Part shown: positions 58,701 through 64,000 of the stretch, one piece after another
Layout of the letters: each line of letters starts with the position of its first letter
Position numbering within the stretch: position 1 is the first letter of the stretch
Assembly (NCBI GenBank): GCA_050575255.1
Contig: JBNZDD010013650.1
Location: forward strand, 1,206,198 to 1,270,197
Direction: 5' to 3'
Length of the DNA: 64,000 bases
DNA from: Harriotta raleighana
Taxonomy: Eukaryota
Notes under the pieces: generated by a model
Told to the model about the DNA's origin: nothing
The model's input: the letters and a program-made list of their open reading frames with translations, nothing else
Database searches by the model: none
Program-made: the position numbers and the translations under genes

Positions 58701-60748
58701 CTGTGAACCAGCCCCTAACACTGTTTATCAATCATTAAATGGGACTGAAGAGAGAATGCTAGAACCATATTATCATATAACCATTTTAGCATGAGACATT
58801 TGAACCTTAAAAGCTGGCCAACAAGAACAACAACAACTTCGATCAACAAAATGACTTTGGATAGCACTTTTCACAGAGGAAGCAGGTAGATTTTGTTAGG
58901 AGGTTACAGAGCTGCAGAGTTCTGGATGATCTGCAGCATATGGAGGGAGGAGTTGGTGAGGCCAACAAGCCAGTGGAGTTAGGCAAGGATGGGGATGATA
59001 GGGTTGTGGAGCCTGGTACGGGAGAGGACATGGGCTGCAGAGTTCTGAGACAAGAAGGGAGTTTGCGTAGTCGATCCAGGAATTTATGAATGTGGGTATG
59101 AGGTCATGCAGCCTGCAGTGGGAGGCACCAATATTGCACAGAATGGAGGAAGGCAGAACGCGACAAAGACAGAACGTTAAAGGTTGATGTTAGAGGAGAG
59201 GTGGTGGAGGAGGATAGAGTGGTCAATGGTATCGAAGACAGCAGAGAGGTCAAGGAGGACAAGGAGGCAGAGGAAGCCCTTGTCACAGATGGACGAAATG
59301 TTGTTTGTCACTTTGACCAGAGCTGTTTCTGTGCCATGGGCAGCATGAAAGCCTGAGGGTTTGTGAAAGGAGTGGCGGGGAGGAAAAGGCGAAGATGGGA
59401 AGCAATGACTTGTTCCTGGACTTTGGAGAGGAAAGGGAGGTTGAAGGTGGGGCGGTATCTGGGGGATAACCCTTTACTGCACATGTTGAAGCCTCTATGA
59501 CTTTGCAAATTTGTGAAAAAAGATACAAGGATATGAAGCACGAATTAACATATACCTTCTCAGATACCTGACACACATCAGGATGTGCCAATGTGGTTCC
59601 AATTTTCATCAGATATGGGTCCAGCATTGCTCCTGAACAGCCTTTCAGGGCTGCAGACAGAACCATCAGGTGAGCTGTGCAGGCTGATTTATCAAGCGTT
59701 GTCAGAATCAGTTTCAGAAATACATTGGGGTTTACAAAGCTTCCAATCAGCTCTGCCGACTTGACTGACTGAAAGGTAAAATGACAGAGTTAGGAAGCAA
59801 AACTGAACCATGAACTGGAAGCAAACCATAAAGAATATATCTAACACTACATTGCAAATTTCATAAGCTAATTTCTGAGCACATAATAACCTCCCTTATT
59901 AATCTTAATTGGGACATTACTTTACATCAATCTTTGATAAAGACATCTGATAAAACCAGGAGACCCAAGAAGTAAAAGTAAAGATGATAAGGAGGAAAGG
60001 TAGAGAAAACGTGTAATAAAATAACAGAACAGGTTTAATGGGTTGAATGGCCAACTCCTGTTTGTATGTTAGCAATTTAAAATATGTACCATTACATTCT
60101 CTCCCCCCCACCCCCACCCCCCACACCAAAAATCCTCATGTCTCCAGCATCACAGAGAGGAGAGAGCTCAGGAGTGAGGAGGGAACTGAGCGAGATTTCT
60201 GTTAAGGGAATTTGGTGAGAATATGAATTTCGTGCAACAATAAAATTACATTTCACGTTGTGAAAATCCAGCATCTACTCGCAGTTGGAGTTGGAGGATA
60301 GGATGGGTGAGGCGTGGGAGGGTGGCGGAGGAGTCGGTTAGTAGTGGAGAAAAGGAGCCTGGGATTGTCCTTAGTTTTAGCAGTGTTCACTTTTAAGTTG
60401 TTACATATAAATTGCTGTTGTGAATGCTGCATTTCCAACATCAATATGAACATTTTTGGAGCATTGTAACTATGGATGCATCAAAGTTCAGATAGAATAC
60501 AAAGTAGATACATACGTTCTGAATGACAAGGGGCTCTTCATCCATACAAGACCGATATAATGTGCTAAGTAACAACTCCATGTGCTGGGTGATATGATCC
60601 TCAGCATGCATCAACAGAATAATCAGTAGCTGGGATGCTTTAATCCTTGTCCCCACAACCCAGTCAGTTATGTCTCGGCTAATAGCTGGCAAAAGTCTGT
60701 ACAGGTTCCGAAATACAAGCTCTCGACACCCAAGCTCAGGGCGTTCCT
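37618..60748 (-). CDS. DNAAF5: Dynein axonemal assembly factor 5 (HEATR2), HEAT-repeat protein; last 9 coding exons (about 516 aa), 5' exons lie beyond the window end
   Basis: Minus-strand exons 60748-60516, 59768-59556, 54865-54722, 53870-53702, 52799-52652, 46260-46110, 44875-44719, 44403-44212, 37763-37618, all GT-AG with continuous phase. Motifs [75 protein letters not shown] match DNAAF5; internal exon sizes 233/213/144/169/148/151/157/192 agree with the human gene as I recall it. Confidence 0.95.
38219..38990. mobile_element. pogo/Tigger-like MITE with perfect 17-bp TIRs
   Basis: TA|CAGTTAACCCTCGTCGA (38219-38235) ... TCGACGAGGGTTAACTG (38974-38990)|TA. Confidence 0.88.
40195..40820 (-). 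mobile_element. CR1 LINE fragments
   Basis: Minus strand reads [17 protein letters not shown] and FADDT RT remnants; 3' end matches the CR1 at 45268 (ACAGCACAAAAGGAGCCATTCAGCCC). Confidence 0.75.
42328..42634 (-). mobile_element. tRNA-derived SINE, full length, low divergence
   Basis: Plus strand ends CTCTAACCACTGAGCTACAGGACTCC (head) and begins ATAATAATCCTTGCATT (tail); CpGs retained. Confidence 0.88.
44212..44403 (-). CDS. DNAAF5: DNAAF5 exon (192 bp)
   Basis: attag|[21 protein letters not shown]...[17 protein letters not shown]|gtaagt. Confidence 0.94.
44719..44875 (-). CDS. DNAAF5: DNAAF5 exon (157 bp)
   Basis: ttcag|[31 protein letters not shown]...DQLNKISP|gtaact. Confidence 0.93.
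45268..45860 (-). mobile_element. CR1 LINE 3' end
   Basis: [26 protein letters not shown]...LFPL...TRGHRFK is the canonical CR1 ORF2 C-terminus; (ATTCTATG)n tail. Confidence 0.9.
46110..46260 (-). CDS. DNAAF5: DNAAF5 exon (151 bp)
   Basis: attag|[50 protein letters not shown]|gtaaat. Confidence 0.94.
46397..46959 (+). repeat. 66-bp direct repeat pair (46397-46462 and 46894-46959)
   Basis: TTACACAG(T/A)AAGTCACAGGTGGAACATTTGATGACTGGCTTTGCTC(G/A)CTAG(G/C)GGAGAAATTAATTT, 3 mismatches. Confidence 0.9.
49553..49566 (+). promoter_or_regulatory. Candidate CTCF site
   Basis: CCAGTAGATGGCGC closely fits the CTCF core CCASYAGRKGGCRS; motif only. Confidence 0.45.
50697..52110 (-). mobile_element. L2 ORF2 5' part (APE endonuclease to start of RT), decayed
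   Basis: QNVRSL, ALTETW, ILGDFN, ISDHH endonuclease motifs; ITPILKK..LD....[20 protein letters not shown]. Confidence 0.88.
52275..52600 (+). mobile_element. L2 3' fragment
   Basis: GACTGCAGATAATCCAGAACTCT...CTCCATTGGCTTCCC...GAAAGGCGCTATACAG...(TTG)n. Confidence 0.65.
52652..52799 (-). CDS. DNAAF5: DNAAF5 exon (148 bp)
   Basis: aacag|[50 protein letters not shown]|gtaggt. Confidence 0.93.
52960..53425 (-). mobile_element. Old DeuSINE (SacSINE1/AmnSINE1-like), diverged
   Basis: Blocks such as CTTTGAAATAGTGCCATG, GACGGCATCTCTGACA and CTAACTGAGCCA resemble the reverse complement of the DeuSINE body and head. Confidence 0.55.
53702..53870 (-). CDS. DNAAF5: DNAAF5 exon (169 bp)
   Basis: ttgcag|[25 protein letters not shown]...[18 protein letters not shown]|gtaaaa. 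Confidence 0.93.
54722..54865 (-). CDS. DNAAF5: DNAAF5 exon (144 bp)
   Basis: tgtag|[48 protein letters not shown]|gtattg. Confidence 0.92.
58825..59470 (-). mobile_element. L2 fragments
   Basis: [22 protein letters not shown] and RT remnants. Confidence 0.75.
59556..59768 (-). CDS. DNAAF5: DNAAF5 exon (213 bp)
   Basis: tttcag|[22 protein letters not shown]...[12 protein letters not shown]|gtatat. Confidence 0.93.
60516..60748 (-). CDS. DNAAF5: DNAAF5 exon (233 bp)
   Basis: ccctag|[34 protein letters not shown]...EEPLVIQN|gtatgt. Confidence 0.95.
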
Positions 60749-61189
60749 CTAGGGACAAAAAACACAGGAAAAGAGTCTATGAGATAAATAAGCAACATTT
60801 CTAGAATTCAAGCTTGGGAAAAATAATACCCAAATGTGGACAGCACAAAAGGGTCAGTGTGCCAATAGGTCAGCTATAAATCCACAGTGGAAAGCAATGT
60901 CAAGCTCTACATTCACTTCTCTGTCAAATTTTATTCAGTGAATCTATAGATGCATTTGATCATGGAGAACATTCTTGCATTCGATATAATGACGGTTTGA
61001 TGCCTTGAAAAATCACAAAAGTAATGAGAATAAACTGGTCACTTCAATCCACGACTGTTTGTGGGGCGCTGCTGTGCACAATTGGCTGCCGCATGTCACC
61101 AACAAATATACAGTCATACTTTGTGAAGCGTTTTGAGACATCTGGAAGATGTGAAAAGTGCTGTATTAAATGCAAGGATTATCATCATA

Positions 61190-61522
61190 AAGTGCTTCTC
61201 AGTAGCTTTCGTGAAGTTATAGGTTAATGACTGTGTATTTGTAGGTGAACTTGGCAGCTAATTTGCTCACTGCAAGGTTCCATAAACAATCAGGTGGTGA
61301 ATGATCAATTTAATTGGAGCATTCTTGACCAAGAGAAAACCCCTTCTCATTTTGAATCGTGTAATGGGATCTTTAACATGCACCTGAACAGGCAGGCAGG
61401 AGCTCAGTTTAAAGTCTCATTCAAAGGATATGCCTCCAATAATACAACACTGGATCGCAAATTCGAAGTCTCCGACACGGGACTTAAACCCACAACCTTC
61501 TGATCCAGAGACAAACGTGATA
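61190..61522 (-). mobile_element. Old DeuSINE (SacSINE1/AmnSINE1-like)
   Basis: GGGATCTTTAACATGCACCTGAACAGGCAG...CTCAGTTTAAAGTCTCATTCAAAGG...GGGACTTAAACCCACAACCTTCTGA; abuts tail-to-tail a plus-strand SINE 3' fragment at about 61035-61190. Confidence 0.65.
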
Positions 61523-63094
61523 AAATGTACAGGTAGTAAGAGTGAATAATAAATCTCTAATATTATTAAACGCAATGTCAACTCTCATCAGAAATGGAAT
61601 TTAAAATGGCTTTCCATCACAAATTTGCACATTATGATGATGATCTCACTGAATATTTCCTAACCTAAAAATTTATGGACTCTTGAAGCATCAAGGATTG
61701 CTTGTTCATGAGTTTTAAATCCTTCTTCACGCAAAGTTTAGCAAAAATCCATGAAGCTAAAGTTTTCCAAATCTCCATTATGGAGAATTCCACAAAATTT
61801 AAGAGTAAGGTTTCTTTTTGTACAGAGAATAGTTTGCAGTGTGTGGGTAAAGCACTTAACCAGGGTGCAGGGGTACTTTTGGATCAAAGGATAGAAATAA
61901 ACTACTGTATTGTACTGTATAATTATGCATCAATTTATAGTGGAGGAATAGGTACTGGTCAGTGCTTGAAAGACATATATGAAAAACAAACTTCCCTTTT
62001 TTTCCAAATGCTGATTTTCAGATTCTGATAATTATTTTAAATACTGTATTCCCAGAGCATTAGTCCACCAGTTCTGCCATTTGCCTGTAGGTTATCTGTT
62101 GTCAAAGACTGCAGCTATTAATAGTTTGCACCTGTATCTTATGGTAATTGTTGTTCTACTGGTTGAGAAATCATTCCATTACATGGCTGGAACTAAGCAT
62201 TGAGGTGGACTTCATCTTTCCTCTAACCGTCCTCAGCTGTCACCCTGATCAAAGAATGGGGAGGTTAGAATGCCAGGTTCATTAACTTGAAAGCCAGGCC
62301 CAATAGCCAACTAAGAATTATTAAAGGCCAAGAGTTGCCCTGAGGTTCATAATAATCTTTTACTTCAAGCTATACTAGGTCAAACACCTATATTCCCTGT
62401 TATTTAACCAACAGACATACACATTACCGCAATAAACTAATATGCAAAACATATTATTCCATAGTGAAAAACACTTACAACATTCTCAGCAAAAAAAACT
62501 TTTAATTGTGCTTCAAAGGAAAATAAATGCCAAAAAGTCACAAATTTGTAGATGAAGGAGATTTAATCAACCCTAAGTAGTGAAATATTGGAAAGACCAC
62601 AATCACAGTTTACTTAAAAGCAACCCTAAAGTTGTGAAAAATCTAAAAACGGTTTTCCCATCAGTCTTCAGAAGGCATGTCAAATATGTCCATAAAGATC
62701 TTAGAGCAAGTTGGAGTCGCACTTTAAAAATGGCTTTCTACTTAACAACTGTGCTCTTAAGAAATGCCTTTTAAATAGGCTAATCAGTGTACCGCCAGCA
62801 ATCCTAATCTAATGAGTTAATCATTTAAATAAAGTGTCATTTATGAGAGTCATTATATCCCTTTTTGTGCTTAATTCATTTTAAAACTGTTAGGATGATT
62901 GAGTATTTCTTTCACAGATGCTAACTTTATTTGGAAAATATTCTTTAAATGTAACTAACAAGTTAACTTACATATTGTATTTGATTTTGCCTAATGCCTT
63001 AACTATATACTGTATTTGCTCCAGAGATCTGGGCTTTCATAATGTCTTCAATGATTTCGAAGCGCTCTGAGACGCCGCCACATTAACAGCTATT

Positions 63095-63291
63095 TAACAC
63101 ATCCACTCTTGCCTTCTACCCCATTTTCTCCTTCCTTGCCCTGCCTCTCTCCCGCTGTTAGTCCTCAAAAGCCTCTCCCTCCCACATGCCGCAGTTCTGA
63201 CGAAGGGTTGTGGATCCAAAACATTGACTCTATTCCTTTCTCCATAGATGCTGCCTGACCTGCTGAGTGTTCCCAACGATTTCTGTTTTTC
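63095..63291 (+). mobile_element. Penelope-like element terminal-repeat fragment
   Basis: TTCTGACGAAGGGTTGTGGATCCAAAACATTGACTC...TCTCCATAGATGCTGCCTGACCTGCTGAGTGTTCCCAACGATTTCTGTTTTT. Confidence 0.55.
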
Positions 63292-64000
63292 TTGAAGTAA
63301 CCCATGTTGTTTTTATGAAATGTTAAATCCCACGAATGCCATCAATAACACTAAGATAACCAGCTTCTGTGTACAGCATTTACTTTTCTTTGATTTTGAT
63401 TTCTCCCTTAATGGGCAGGAAATGGCAAATTTCCAGCTGACTGCGGGGGAAAGAAAATTGACCTTGCTGTGCTGTTTTCCGTTCATACAGCAAACGCTGA
63501 TGTCTGTCTCCATTGCTCAGTGCAGAATTGTGATTTCTGTTAAAAATAACCGAGATCTTGGTACAGTACTTTCAGAAATCTGGACTCGCAAACTTGTGAA
63601 GGACCGAGTGGATTGCCCATTAACATGAGTAAGCAGTGAGTTACTTTTGGGCAGGAGCATATCATATCAGTTACCTAAATTAGTAAAACACTACCCTTGA
63701 ATGAGGCATGGTTGGACCACATCATTACTCAACTACAAACTCAACTACTCTTCCACAAATATACAGTCAATTTTCCTACATTCTTTCCCCCAACCCCTCC
63801 CCACCTGTTATAAGCATTTTGAGACGTTGATAAGATAAATATAAATGTAAGGATTATTATTATAACTAAAAATGCATTGCTCAGATGGAGAATTTGAATA
63901 ATAATAATCCTTGCATTTGATATTACTCTTTTCACATCTTCAGTATCCCATAAATAGTCGTGGATTGAAATGACCATTTTGGGGTTTGAGGGTTACTATT

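Noticed and set aside
180-60748. Minor (U12) or non-canonical introns
   Set aside because: All 32 deduced introns are GT-AG and none has the RTATCCTT donor
61680-62030. Possible upstream DNAAF5 exon or 108-aa plus ORF
   Set aside because: No frame I checked resembles the expected preceding DNAAF5 peptide (acidic ENEEDLKDK-like motif) and splice sites are unconvincing; that exon probably lies beyond 64000

Overview
Eukaryotic (vertebrate) genomic DNA with spliced genes, so the six-frame ORF track mostly shows exon read-throughs and transposon fragments. The repeat content (L2 and CR1 LINEs, tRNA-headed Deu-domain SINEs, Penelope-type terminal fragments, TA-flanked pogo/Tigger-like MITEs) points to a cartilaginous fish, plausibly a holocephalan such as Callorhinchus; that assignment is inference. 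I assembled three genes by hand from GT-AG exon chains whose phases all join in frame: the 3' part of SUN1 (+, 17 coding exons, 180-14415), complete GET4 (+, 9 exons, 19648-30386, 321 aa, CpG-island promoter) and the 3' part of DNAAF5/HEATR2 (-, 9 exons, 60748-37618), convergent with GET4. I see no convincing wholly new biological system. The best leads are: an orientation of SUN1-GET4 relative to DNAAF5 that differs from human as I recall it; four frame-symmetric SUN1 exons with six TGCATG (RBFOX) motifs; two decayed hammerhead-ribozyme motifs; a diverged ~115-bp tandem array between the convergent genes; a MITE next to a GC-box/TATA/Inr arrangement antisense to DNAAF5; and an L2 copy whose deleted middle sits beside it in inverted orientation. 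Exon coordinates were counted by hand; repeat boundaries are approximate.
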